Positions 13,756 to 26,801 of a DNA stretch of 64,000 bases are shown here, piece after piece (position 1 is the stretch's first letter; the number at the start of each line of letters is the position of its first letter). The stretch lies in the NCBI RefSeq assembly GCF_009914755.1, contig NC_060934.1; one strand, 5' to 3'. The DNA comes from the human T2T-CHM13v2.0 reference genome, Homo sapiens. The position numbers were made by a program, and so were the translations under genes. The notes under the pieces are model-generated. The model did no database searches. It worked only from the letters and a program-made list of their open reading frames with translations, and was not told the DNA's origin.

Positions 13756-16476
13756 GTATATTACTGTTAAATGCTTCTTTATCCAAACCTTTTCACAGAG
13801 ATACAAACTTGTAAATGTGTTTGACAATATTTTATTGACTTGTCAAGAGAATCAGTGCACAGTGTAGGTGTTGGGAATCGTTTTAGTGCTGTTTTCATGC
13901 TATTTGTTAAAAAACCTAAATTTTCATGTTATGATTTAGCATAATCTCTGAGCTCAAACTGTGCTCTCAAAACCTTAGGGACAGGAAGTAGTACGGTTCA
14001 GGAAGAACCAAAGTAATTTCAAAGCCAAACTAGTCAGTACTTGAAAAAGTCTAATTTTTGTGGTGGTTTCCAATGGAGAAAATGAAAATAATCCCTCTTC
14101 AGAATTTGGCTCTATGGACTGTTTGGGAGACTGAATTGCTCTTTTCCCATTTGTTAAACCAGGAAATTTCTAAGGCTCCTTCCAGCTCTCCAATTCTCTA
14201 GTGCTATGAATATCCTCATTATTATCATTACATCTCATTTTGCTTAAAGAATGCTAAATCAGTAGTCTCGTATCTTACATCTATCTTTGTGAGAAAGAGT
14301 AAAGAAAACTGAGTTTGGTTTCTTTATGATTAATGCATTTGTCAAATTTGTTCCAAGTAGCAAATTAATTTATTGTGTTTTTTCATGAATGCAAATTAAA
14401 GCTGTGCAAACTATTGTGGTAAAACTTAGCAGTCCTTTTTTATAAATTAAAGCTAACTGATTTAATGTTAATGAAAGGAACTATATTCAAACACAGATTT
14501 TAATAACTTGGGTGGAAAGAAAATCTTAGACTTCATAAGCTTTTCCTTACATAAAATTCATGTAATTTGAACAGAAAGTCATTAAAATGTAATTGTCTAT
14601 AGTGAAGCTTGTATTAATTACCTTGTATGAAAATCTGAAAAGTTCCTGAATAAATGTCTGTTTCTATGCATTCCCTGAAGAGAAGAATTGTCTATTGATT
14701 AGTTAATTATCTCAAACCAAGGGTCCCAGGTTCAGTTTTTGGTGATCACTTTCTTATCTTTTTCCTGTTTGAATATTCTGATCAAAACCAGAAGTAAAAC
14801 AGATTTTTTTTAAATAGAGAAGTATTTTGCTTCTGTTCATATTGATAATACAAAGAGTACCAGTATACATATGATAAAATATTTTTCAACTTCTTGGTTC
14901 ATAGGACTTAATCAGTGTTTCATGTATCTGTGTTTGTGGGTGTGAAAAGCACCTTTATTACTGGGAATAAGATTTTAAGAATGATTTTAGAAACATGTCC
15001 TTTAAATTTGATTCTCTCATACTTTTAAGATTATTTAAATTCACTTCAATGTGATTGTCCAAAACAAAGTTATTTTCAAACTCACTGAATCCTTATGTTC
15101 TTCTTTAGTGTTCACTATTCACAAAGCCCATTTTGAATACTGATCCTGAAAAACATGAGAGAATCAAAATCTGTGTTTTCTTTTGATTTTTGCATCATAA
15201 TTGCATTTTTACTCATTTCAACAAGGGGAAATTTCAACTTTTTATATTGACTAAATAAACAAAGTGTAGGGGCTAATTTATGTTTTTAAAAAGGAAAAAT
15301 TTATAGATGCTATGTTTGATTACACTTATTTCTTAACTGGTATTTAGGAATTTGTGTAATAATAAACACTTCTCATTTTTAACATCAAAATTTGCAAGGT
15401 TCATCAAATTCTGAAGGTAATGCCTGATTGGAGTTAATGTTCACTTAATTCTGGGTCTAATCATTTCAGCTGAAAAAGAGAAAACTAAAGCATAAATCCT
15501 TTGACTCATCCTATCTTATATTTATGTCATATTAAAAGTCATAAAAATGGACAAAACAATAAAATTTAAACTGAAACATATCCAAAATGTTTTTGGCTTA
15601 TCTACCTACAAACCAGAGACATGCCAGGTATGAAGGAACCCAAGGCTGGAGTAGGTCAGAGGGTCCAATGAGTTTATCCATCCTCCAGACATGGTCACTT
15701 TCAGATTGTACTTTAAGAAAAAATAACTTCACGGAGGACCATTATAATTTTTGTGATGAACATGTGTAATATTTTTGCACCCACTTTTTAGTTTTTATCT
15801 TGGCTGCCTTAACATCTTCTTTCAAAATGTCAGCAGTGATTAGGCTACATTATGGGATAATTAGTATGAACTTTTATCTCAAAGCTAATTTTGACTAATA
15901 CTAGAACAAAACATATGTCAATATGTTAAAGATGGGAAGTTGAACAGATTGCTTTCCTATATAAACATGTTTTTTTCTAAGTTCACCTTACTTTTTAAAT
16001 ACTAATCCAATCTAAATGTTTGAGGAAGGTTAAGCAACCTGTGAAAGAAGCACCATTTGAAATTTGATGGTGCAGTTCCTAAAATCTTTCCAAAGAATGT
16101 GGTATAGATGCTTACATATTAAAATATTGACCTTCTAGGAAGTTTAGGAAATATTTCCTCTGAACTTGAACTCTGGGGCTGTAGCTATGGTTGATAAGCT
16201 ACACCCAATTCACACTTTAATGCCAGTGCTTTGTATTTTAACATTATCTTAATGTGACATTGTATGCCTTGTTTATTTCTTCTAAGCAGGCCTTTTCCCA
16301 AATTACTTAAAATTACCAAACAATGTGTTTTTAACCACAGTCATTCTAGAGATTTATTTGGTTTTTTTCCTTCCCCAGAAGTTGCTTCTGTCATGTTTGA
16401 TTGCACATCTGAATACAGACCATGCTCAGAGTTGAAGTGTAAACCTCTTCAGGTCGGATCATAAGCCTCGGAACGT

Positions 16477-16545
16477 GTCATACATCCCATAAACTTCAGA
16501 ACTAGCCATACACAAGCTTCAGAACTAGTCATACATCCCATGAAG
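16477..16545. repeat. Degenerate short tandem repeat (~23-28 bp units)
   Basis: gtcatacatcccat occurs twice and cttcagaactag.cataca occurs twice. Confidence 0.75.
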
Positions 16546-19500
16546 GGCATCATAACTGATACTGATCTGAACAGTTCAGTCCAACAGCCAGGCAATTCAG
16601 CCACCTACAATTCAACTATTGGTTTTATTTGAATGAAAATCAAATTTGGGGTATAATTGGCTTAGCTAAAATATTCAACTGGGTCAATTTTGGTCACATG
16701 AGTGATTCTGCACAAAGATATAGCCACATTTTATCTCAGGCATCTCACTCAACATTTTTAAAGATAACATTTTTTAAAATCTCGTACAAAGACTGCAGTA
16801 AATATACAACTAAGAGTCATACTGGTGGATGGTAAACATCTGGGCATGAGCATTATGAGTTAATGTGTTTTTGTACACTGACTTTCCATCTTTGCAGATT
16901 ATTCTAACTCTCTAGAAATAATGGGTAGCCCTTTGGCACTGAGGCTCACTGGCTCAGGGTCAGTATTTTTACTTCTCCATCTTCTCTCAGTTAGCACTTG
17001 AACAAACAAAGAAAAACAACTGGTCTGCTATTTCCAACTCCTGAAAGTGAAATAGGGAAATAGGGACAAAATATAATTAATTAAAATATGCAGTTATTCA
17101 TACAGGATTTGCTTTTGTTCTGATAATTAGGATCCCAATTTGTCAAATGCTTTAAAAACATAGTCTTACAGCCTTTTACTAAGGGAGCGGGAAGGGGTGA
17201 ATATCCAGGTTGATTATAAGCCATATATTTGTCTTTTCAAGATTTGCTTTTACATTGCTTTAGGGAAAATGATAAATATATTTGCAAATAAAAATTGTAA
17301 TCTGTATTTCTCCAATTTTAGTAATCCCAAATTACTAAACTAAGTAATTTAATTCAGGATTTCGGATTAAGAGACTACGAAACTAAATCTGATTAAATTA
17401 TACTTTTTGAAACCTGATAGTACCGTACTTCTGCTGCACTGCACTTTCTTAGATTTAATGCCTCTAAAGTATAATGATATTATAAGTTTCTTTTCTTTAT
17501 TTAAAAATAAAATGATTACTCTAATTATGGGAACTCATGTACCATTGGGCTGAAAGTCAGAGACAGCTGGATGGTGAACTGGCCCCTTGCCCAGACCTCA
17601 GAGGAAGATTAATTTGAAAACTCTTTACAGAACACAGCCCAGAGCCTACTGCTCAGAAGATCTTGCTTTAATCAGCCATTGATCATCAGAGATTCCCTTT
17701 ATTGACCTGAAAGCAAGTTTTTTTCATCTTCATGCCAGCTAAGGCACTTACTGAAAGTAAGTAGACAGCATCCAAAGTGAATATGCCTAACGAAGAAAAC
17801 AAAGTTTTCCATCTCTCCCCGCAAATGACATTCTGTAATGACATGTGCTAATAGTTTCTATCTCCATCCATCCCTTAACCCATCACGTTGCCATCCTGTG
17901 AGGAACCTGTGGTTAACAAGGGGCCCCTTCTGCAGATACACACGTCAAATGATCTAGGAAACATGTCGGCAGGGATTGTGGAACCGGTCTATGAGAATTC
18001 TCTTTGTATCTGAAAAATACCATGGAGTGGATGCAGGGCAGTGTTTACCCCCCTGGATATAACATCAGAAAATTCCAGATCACTCTGAAGTCTGTTCTCT
18101 CTCTGATTTACCTGCCTGTGGAGTTTGAAAGGTCCCCACTAGTGCTGACTCTTTCTGACACTTCTCAATCTATAGTAGCTTGGAGGCCACTTTGATTGCT
18201 CCCAAAGGCAAAATGGGGCACCATGATACTTTTTTCACTCAAAAGGGCCAGCATTTATGGGATATACTCAGTCAGATTCTCAAAATTGCTTCAGAGAATC
18301 CTCTGTTAGATTAAAGGAGGTCATTTAATCAAACGACTTTCCAAAAGTCCCTGTTTTGAATTACTGGAGAGAATGTGTACTATCAGGGTCCTGGATCACT
18401 TAGCAAACATCAGAGGAAAGGTTTCAAGTCTGTTTTGAGAAATGTACTGTCCAACTCTACTGCTTTTTCCTTCAGCAAAGGAGATTTATCAAGGATAAAT
18501 TTGGTTACAGACATACCTGTTTTCGTTAAAATGCCTTTGGCCATTACATTATCTGTAATAACTTTCAGTAAGGTCTAAGCAATTTAGAATAATATTAATA
18601 GAAAAAAATCATGATTCTCTACACCATTTTCCCTTCCATTTTATCTAAATGGCTAGAAGTGAGTGTTTGCATAATTTTTTCTAGTGTTTTTCTCCCATTT
18701 TGCCATGATCTAGTTTTATATGGAAGTCATAAATTTGTTCTACCAATGGAGTTTGTTAAAACAATATTTTGACTTTGCAGAGATCATTGTATATTTTCTA
18801 TTTATTTTAATGCCAAACTTTTAAAAATATTGACTGCTAGGAACTTAAGAGAGCAGAAATATCACTTTGAAAAATACAAAAATTCATTTTTTTCTAGTTG
18901 ATAGCTTGTCTTTTAATATTCATTGTGGTATATCTGTGCTATGTAATATTATAAGCCTTGTATCTGTCTCCTATACTTTCCTATACCCTCACATAAATAC
19001 TATGGAAAATTATTATGTGCATCACTACCCAACACTTTAGCCTTGACTTAAAACGGTAAGATAATTTCTTGTAAACAGGTATCTGAGCTTTAAAAAACAA
19101 ACAAAAACACATTCCTGTTAGCTCTAACTTTGCTCAGATCCCTTGAGAGAGATCAGAACTCATATGAAAGGTGAACAGATTCTTCCCTTTGGCAAGCAAT
19201 TCCTTCAGGAACTGAGTTATGCTTATGGTGGGACTTCCAATTAGAAAAGTAAATTTTAAAACAAACAAACAACCAGGCTGTTCAGAGATTGCTAGACACA
19301 AGATCAAGTCCCAGCCAGGTGTTTGACATTGCCCAGTCTCTTTACTCTTGTAATGTGAAACTTAGAGTCAGCTTCTTCACTAGTGTTTTTGGCATCATAG
19401 AAACCACACACCTAACCATAAATACAAACCATAGCTGGTACTACCAGTGCAGTTCTCACTCTTGTAGAAGCATGTCCAGTCCTTCTCAAGTCATCAACTA

Positions 19501-19899
19501 ACAAGACCAAATGCACATTTCTAGCAAGGGAGTCCTTGAGCCCATCCAGTCCCCTGACTTCACAGCGATGCTGTGGCAGCCCACTCTGCTGCCGCCCACA
19601 AGCACACATGGAGGGGAAGCCAGCAGGGATGTCCAGGTCTTTGCCCATGGCCTGATGAAGAAAGGCAGCTGCAGTCATGAATTCATAGAACCAGAAGTGA
19701 CATTAGCAGCCACCTACTCCAACTGCTTTCCAAGAGAAATTTCTCAAGAGACATGCTGAATTTCAAGTCAAGAACAACTTGGAAGCCACAAACTCAGCTG
19801 GCTTACAGTTGCCATGGAATTTTGGGACTTTTGCTGCAAACAGAAACAGGATCCACAGGTTATAACTAGCTACTGACCAGTGTTACAGAGCCTGTGGAC

Positions 19900-21350
19900 A
19901 ATCTCATTCCTGGTTTCTCCTACCTCTCTTCATTTTCCTGTGTTCCCCACCATCAGCCCTCCTCTGGGTCTTCTCCCTTTCTTACTCTATTCTTTTTACC
20001 AGGGAAGCCTCATCCACTCTAATGGCAGAGTGCTAGTTTTCCACCGAAGATTTGCACACACACCCCAGCCCCAGCTGAGTAGTGGAGAGGTGTTGCCCGG
20101 CAGCTGTACTTGCTAATGGCATGGGAACAAAGTGTTTTAGAGTGGAGGTACCTTTTCCACCTGCTCATCTTCTGCCTACCATCTAGATGCCAATGCTCAA
20201 GGCAATGGTGGATGCCCTGGATTGAAGATGACAGAAGTGTCATCGGTCTGAGGCCCTAAATAATGCCATAGACCAGAGCTAAGCTGTGTTCCTCTCCATC
20301 CCCTTCCAGACAGCCTGCCACCAATCAGGAACACTTTACATAGTGAGAAACAAACTTCGATTTTGTTAAACCCTTGAGATTTCAGGCTTTAACTATTGCA
20401 ACAGCTAACATTCCCCACCTATATAATTATAAAATCTTCAGATTCCATCTATGCTAATTACTCCCAATTCTGCATCTCTGGCATAGACTTTATTCCTGAG
20501 TTTCACAACTGCATATCCAAGTAGACAGGTCCACTATAATGACCTGCAGGTCACCAAATTCACTATGTCTGAAGCCAGACAAATGATCCACTGCTTTCCC
20601 ACACACCCTGGCCATTCCTGTTCCATCATATGCTTGTGAATACCAATTGTATGCACCCAGGTACTCAAGAGTGCCCTATTTTATCTCCCATACTACTCTC
20701 TCCTAAATATCTATCCTGTCCATCCCGTTTATCTCTCCTTATTGCCACATTCTTATCTGGTTTCAATAATAGTAGCCTCACCCCCTACTCCAGTCTGTCC
20801 TCCATGCTACACTAGAGGTGTCTCTTTGAAATAAAAATCTGATTATGCCTCTCTACTCCTTAAAATCCTTCCATGGCTCTTTCTGCCTTGCAGATTAAAA
20901 ATCAAAGTCCTAGTGTAACACCTAAGGCCACTTTATGGACCCTTTGCTGCTGACCTCCTGTATTCTCTCTTACCATTCTCCCATTGTTCCATTTACAATG
21001 TATGTCCTGAAGTTTCTCAAATATCCCTTCCCTCCATGCTGCTGATTTTGTAGTTTCCAGTATCCAGAACACACCACACCCCTCCTGCCAGTGTACTTCT
21101 TCCTCTTCATCATTCAAATCTCAGTTCAGAGATCATCTCTCTTGGGAATCTTCAACCTCCACATTCCCCTTAGAGATCACGCCTCTATCTTTCTTTTCCT
21201 CGTGGCTTCTGCCTGCTTCATAGAGTTGGCATCTGCACAATTGTTAGCAAATCTAGGAGCTCTTGAATCTTTGCCCTAGTTTGATGTTCTTTGAGAACAG
21301 CCAGCTACAACACTGCCTGCAACATGCCCTCAATACATGTTTCTCAATTT
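19900..21350 (+). mobile_element. L2 LINE fragment interrupted by an MLT1 LTR
   Basis: Pyrimidine-rich L2 motifs (catctatgctaattactcccaa, aaatctgattatg..tctactccttaaaatccttccatggct, ctcaatacatgtt). Confidence 0.65.
20020..20425 (+). mobile_element. Old MLT1 (H/I/J-like) LTR
   Basis: gaagatgacagaag...gtgagaaacaaacttcgattttgttaaacccttgagattt...attgcaacagcta resembles an MLT1 3' end. Confidence 0.55.
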
Positions 21351-21644
21351 AACCTGTATTGTCATCCACTCCTAACTGCATATCCTGATAAAATGATGCA
21401 TATGTAGAGCTGAGGGTAATGCCTGGCTTATTGTAAGCATTCAGTTGATGTTAACAGAATCAATCATAGTTTTTTTGTATTATTATCATTATTGCTTTTA
21501 TTACTATCAGCAATTACTCAATATTTTTGACCATAGCTGATTTCACATCTCTACTAAGTTTTGTTTTTCTTTTTCTTCTGGTTCACAATCATATGGGAGA
21601 CATTTGCACCAAAGTAGCGGCTTCCTTCTTATGGCTGCAAATGA

Positions 21645-21855
21645 GCGGAGTGAAGGTCAAGGGATCTGGAGTCGTGGGTTCAGGTGCCACCACTGTCACC
21701 AGCTGTGTGGGCATAAACTAGTCATTTAACCGCTCCGTGCCTCATTTTGGCCATCTGTGACATCAGGACAAAAATAGCTTCCTGACCCACTTCAACAGAA
21801 TAGTTTTGAGAAACAACCTAGATAATGAATGTAAAAGCATTTTGTAACTCTGAAA
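21645..21855 (+). mobile_element. MIR (MIR3/MIRc-like)
   Basis: accagctgtgtgggcataaactagtcatttaaccgctccgtgcctcatt core. Confidence 0.65.
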
Positions 21856-22424
21856 ATGATAAAAGTCAATTATTAGTAGTATTTCCAATGACATAGGCAA
21901 TATTAGTATAAACAATGCTTTCTCTGTTGAATATTGTCATTCCTCTATTTTGCCATTATCACTTTCGGTTATTTTTGCATTTCCTAGTGAGTGGACAACA
22001 CATGTAAGTCATGTGTTTCCTCATGGGCAAATTCTCAATTTCATCATCCCAGGCATCACATAAATTCTGCTTTGAGGACTGCACACAGAATCCCCTCACT
22101 GATGATGTTGCTCTAAATTGACATTGTCTGTTTGTCTTTGAATCTATCTTTCTAATAATTGTTTCCTTACACGGCATTTCAACCCATGGTAGACATACTG
22201 ATTTTTGCATGAATGAATGCTTTTGCAGATACAGGCAAAATCTTTGCGTGCCCAGAGTTTTGTCTACTATTTCCTATTTGACTTCAAGCTTCTCACTTGA
22301 TGTGAATGAGGATGACGGTGATGATGATGAAGACTGACATTTTTGAACTCTTATATACCAGGCGTTTTTTAAGCCCTTTACATTTAATCCTCACGATGAC
22401 TTGGTCAAAAGAATTCATGTGCTA

Positions 22425-22557
22425 GATCCACTAAAACGTAAACTCCATGAGGTACAGAATCTTTCATATATCATCAGTTTTGTTCACTGCTAAATCCTTG
22501 GGGACTAAAGCAGTGCCTGGCATATAGTAGGCGCTCAAGAAACACTTGTTGAGTGAA
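22425..22557 (+). mobile_element. L2 3' end
   Basis: gtaaactccatgagg...cagtgcctggcatatagtaggcgctcaagaaacacttgttgagtgaa. Confidence 0.75.
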
Positions 22558-24641
22558 GTTATTTGCTTCTCAAATGATTTTTTAATTCTCAAGGCTTTGG
22601 AGTTTTCTGAGCATCTATAGTTTGACGGTGATTTCTTATTGGTAGTAACAGATTATTATTGAAATTATTAACTAAATTTATATAATACATTATAGTTTAT
22701 AAAACACTTTCACATACATAACCTCACTTAAGGCAGTCAGTGACATTTTTCCACTAGAAATACTGAAATACAATGTCTCTACCAAATGAAAAATAAAATA
22801 CAGCCATTATTACAATACTACCATTGTTCCATTTCTTCAATGAGCAGTAAGCATTTAAATTAAGAATGACTAGGGTTTCTAATAAGGATTGTCAAGTATC
22901 AGAATTGTTGGGGGTTTTTTTAATTGAAAGAAGAAAATACTAGAAAATATTTCTCCAGTTGGCTTAGAAAGAAGGAATTTCCATTTGAGTTCCAAATTTA
23001 CTTAACAATCTGGAAAGGTAGCTGCAAGTCTGATTCTGGTAAGTGTTTGTGTCTCCGAAATCAGTGGCAACAAAATATTTTAAATAAACCAAGTAAAGTT
23101 TTTGAGTATGTAATTAAAAATAGAACTGATGAGATCACTTGCCAAGAACCGTGAGGATTTGCATTAAAAACAATGATTTGAGACAGTCATGATTTATTCA
23201 GCACATTCTACCCAATGAGAGAACAATTCGTATGAAAGTCAGGGAGTGCTCAGCTATGTTATAGAAAGTGTTGCGTGAGGTGTCTGTGGTGCTGGAGTAG
23301 GATAACATTTTCTATAACTTGAGCAGTGTGTCTCTAAATGAAATTGTAAAATATTATGATATGTTAAAGGCCAGGCAAAATTTTATAACCAGAATACAAT
23401 GATCATTTGCACTGAAACATTGGCATCTGTAGTTGTCACTGGTTTTTAGTAGGTGAGGGGAAATATCTCTTCAAATGATCAGACAAGTATGACTAGTGCA
23501 TTTGTCATTCCAGTGTCTTCGGCACTTGAAGTTTTTCCATTTTTGTTCAACAATGTAACCTTTGGAGTTTTGCCTAATAATGACTTCACTTGTGCTGGCC
23601 TTCCAACAGATAAATTAAAATGGAAATGCATATTTTCTAATTATGCATCGAGCCTTAGTTGCATATTGGCGAGGGTGGCCACACCGAATGTTAAATTAAG
23701 TCTGCACAATAGTTAGAGTCTATGTAACATCAAAGTTTCCCAAAGTCACTTTCTTAATCATGTGAAGGATAGCCAAGACTTTGATCAGTAGTATGTAGCT
23801 ATATACGATCAGAGGAAAAACATTTAAACATCCCAGCATGGTATTTCCATTTAAATCTGATTACAGTGAAATAAAACTGTAGCCATTAAAGGTTTAAAAG
23901 AACTACAAATACAGCAGTAAAAGAAGACAGATAGTAAATGAGGTAGTAAAACATTTCGGCAGGGCAAACAGTTTACAGCACTCATTCAGTCGTCCTGAAG
24001 CAGACTGTGCAATTCACTACAGACCTGGCACCGTTCCCTGAACTCCACTTAAACCTACAATTAACCTTTCACACCTAATGAAGCTGTTTTCCTGGAAAAT
24101 TAAAATATATAATGGTGCCTGCTTTTACACAGACTTCAGAGGAGAGCATTTCAAAGTGAATGACTTTTCTGAGGCTTTTGTTCAAATGTAAAATGGAAGT
24201 GCTATGTTTGTATATAAAGCGGGAATGTTCTTTCCAAGGCAATTTCATTTGATGTGCAGTATTTTATTACTGTACTTATTAATTGTTCTGCATAATTGTA
24301 AAAAACACACATCAGTAATTTTATGATTAGATTGTTACTGCTGAAGTCTGCTATTACCATTTCACTTCCATTAGGGAAAACTAGAGTTTTGCTAACAATA
24401 ACTAAATTCCTGATGTTTCTCCTTGGTGGTTTTCATTGCAAATTTAGTGGTTTAAAAAGACATGTTTACCATTTAATTATTTAGCTGTTATTTACATTGC
24501 TGTCTCTTCAGGTCATGTTTTCACATGTTTCAAGAGAAATAAAATTCTTAAATTTCAGGAGGCATATATTGTTTTTTTCTAAGGTTGCAGGTGAAGGTCT
24601 GATTTTGGTGTATGTTCTACTTATTTACAAAATAGCTGTGG

Positions 24642-25262
24642 GGTACTCCCACATTCATTTCAGCATTATTCACAATAGTCAAGATATAGAAGCAGCTATG
24701 TGTCCATCAACGGATAAAGGGAAAAATCAATAAAGAGAATGTGGTCTTTATAAACAATGGAATATTATACAGCCTTAAAAAGAAGGAAATTCAGTCATTT
24801 GCAACACATGAATGGAACTGGAGCATATTATGTTAAGTGAAATAAGCCAGGCACAGAAAGACAAATACTGTATGACTTCACTTATATGTAGAATCTAAAA
24901 AAGGTGATCTCAGAAATTGAGAGTTGAAAGCTGATTACCAGAGGCTAGGGGAAGGGGGAGGGATGGGGAAAGGGAAGGTTTTGATCTAAGGGTACAAAGT
25001 TTCAGTTAGACTGGAGGAATAAGTTTTAATGATCTATTGCACTACATGGTGACCACAGTTAATAATAATGTATTATATATTTCAAAACAACTAAAAGAAT
25101 AGATTTTTAACATTCTCACCACAAAAAAAGATGGTAAGTTGGAGAGGTGATGGATATGTTAATTAGCTTGATTGACTCTTTCCACAATGTATACATAGGT
25201 CAAAACACCACATTGTATCTCATAAATATCCACAGTTATTTGTCAATTAAAAATAAGCTTTA
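24642..25262 (+). mobile_element. 5'-truncated L1MA (MA7/8-like) 3' end
   Basis: cagcattattcacaatag, ttaagtgaaataagccaggcacagaaagacaaatac, gggtacaaagtttcagttaga; TSD aaaatagctgtgg at 24629-24641 and 25263-25275. Confidence 0.9.
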
Positions 25263-26102
25263 AAAATAGCTGTGGTAACTCTTGGCCTCCAGCCCAGGGA
25301 CCACTGAGTCGTGCCCATTTTCTGAGGGAATTTCCTATGGTCTCAAAGGAGCCTGTTTCCTTTAGGGCTTGTCCTGCCCTAGGTGAACCAGAGCAGCCAC
25401 TGGGCCTGCTCTCTGTTAGCAAGGACCAGTTTGAAAACACCAAGAGACCATGGAAAATTGAACAGGAAACAGAGGATGGTATGTTCCTTCCTATGCGGTT
25501 TATACTTCCTATTTAAATAATCTAAATGTCATAGTGTCTGGTGTTTAAGAACTAAAAGTACAAAAAGGTAAAGCTTATAATAACTATTGAAACCCCAGCA
25601 TTTTTGTTGAATCTACTGGTATATTTTTATGTAAATCCTGCTAGCCTGCAGCATCTGTGCATCATCTTTACGTGGTAAATGAAATTCCTTTGGACCATCA
25701 GTCTAAAATAATGAATTGTTCCCCCAGTTAATTGTATTGCTTTGATAACAAGGAACTATGCTAGGCCTAGAGAACACAATAAGTGAATTTCATCAGATGA
25801 TTTGTGTGACGTCTTGAAAAATGATCTTCTGGAGTGACCTGATTTTAATGGAACTCTAGCGGCGTGCAGCATGGGCCCAGCATCCAACTAGGAGGAAGCA
25901 CTTCCTCCTATGGCACAAGAAGTGCGGGATCATCCCCAGAAGACCTCTCACCAGGAAAAATTCTCAGGAAAGTCATGAGAAAGTGTGTGCCAAAAATGGC
26001 AACACAAAGAACCTATTTCTAGGTTGCTTTTCTTTTATTGATACATACCTTTTTTAAAACCCAGAAAAGATCGCAAACGACCTTTATGTCTTTGTTGCCA
26101 GC

Positions 26103-26629
26103 GTGAAAATAAACCAAGACCAAGCAAATGAAAATAAGCAAAAGCTATGTATTCTGAGCTTGCTATAGCAAGGGAGTCAGCCACTTTCACTTGTGTTTTG
26201 GCGGAGACTCAAGGACAGGCAGGAATGGGAAATCTTTATAGTGAAAAAAGGGAAGCTTCAGGTGTGCCCTGATGAGAGGCCGTTAGCTTGTGGGAGCTGT
26301 AGACAGACTAACTAGAAGTGGGGCATCCTATGTGGTTAGGGGTACATATTTGGTTTCCTCTGGCTGGAAGTGAGGACATAAATTAGGGAAGCTGTTTATT
26401 AATCAAGTCCTGGCCATTTGGGGCCAGTCGTGACAGGGATTACAGTTTAACTTCATGGGTTATTAGTAGAGATAGCAGTCTGACTTCTTACAAGTCTGAC
26501 ATAGCAGGCTGGCTTCCTGGGCTGGTTATTGCAGATTATAGCTCGGTTTCCTGAGCACGTTGCCACAAGTTGTGGGTCAGAATTCTATTTATACATGGTC
26601 TGGGCATTATCTACATGTTCAGTATCTTA
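26103..26629 (-). mobile_element. ERV1-class solo LTR (MER90/MER110-like)
   Basis: gagcttgctatagcaagggagtcagcc and tgtgggtcagaattctattt motifs; homologous to 60193-60585 in opposite orientation. Family name from recall. Confidence 0.65.
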
Positions 26630-26775
26630 CCAGAATATAACTGCTACATTTAGGGGACGGGGGAGGTAATACAGTCTTTTTAAAAAAGCTATTGACTTGG
26701 CTTCTCTTTTCATCAGTTAAGAAAATTAGATTCCTTACAATAACAAAGTGTGCTGAAAGGCAATGACAGAGATTA

Positions 26776-26801
26776 CTCTCTCTCTCTCTCTCTCTCTCTC
26801 T
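26776..26801. repeat. (CT)13 microsatellite
   Basis: Direct read. Confidence 0.95.
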
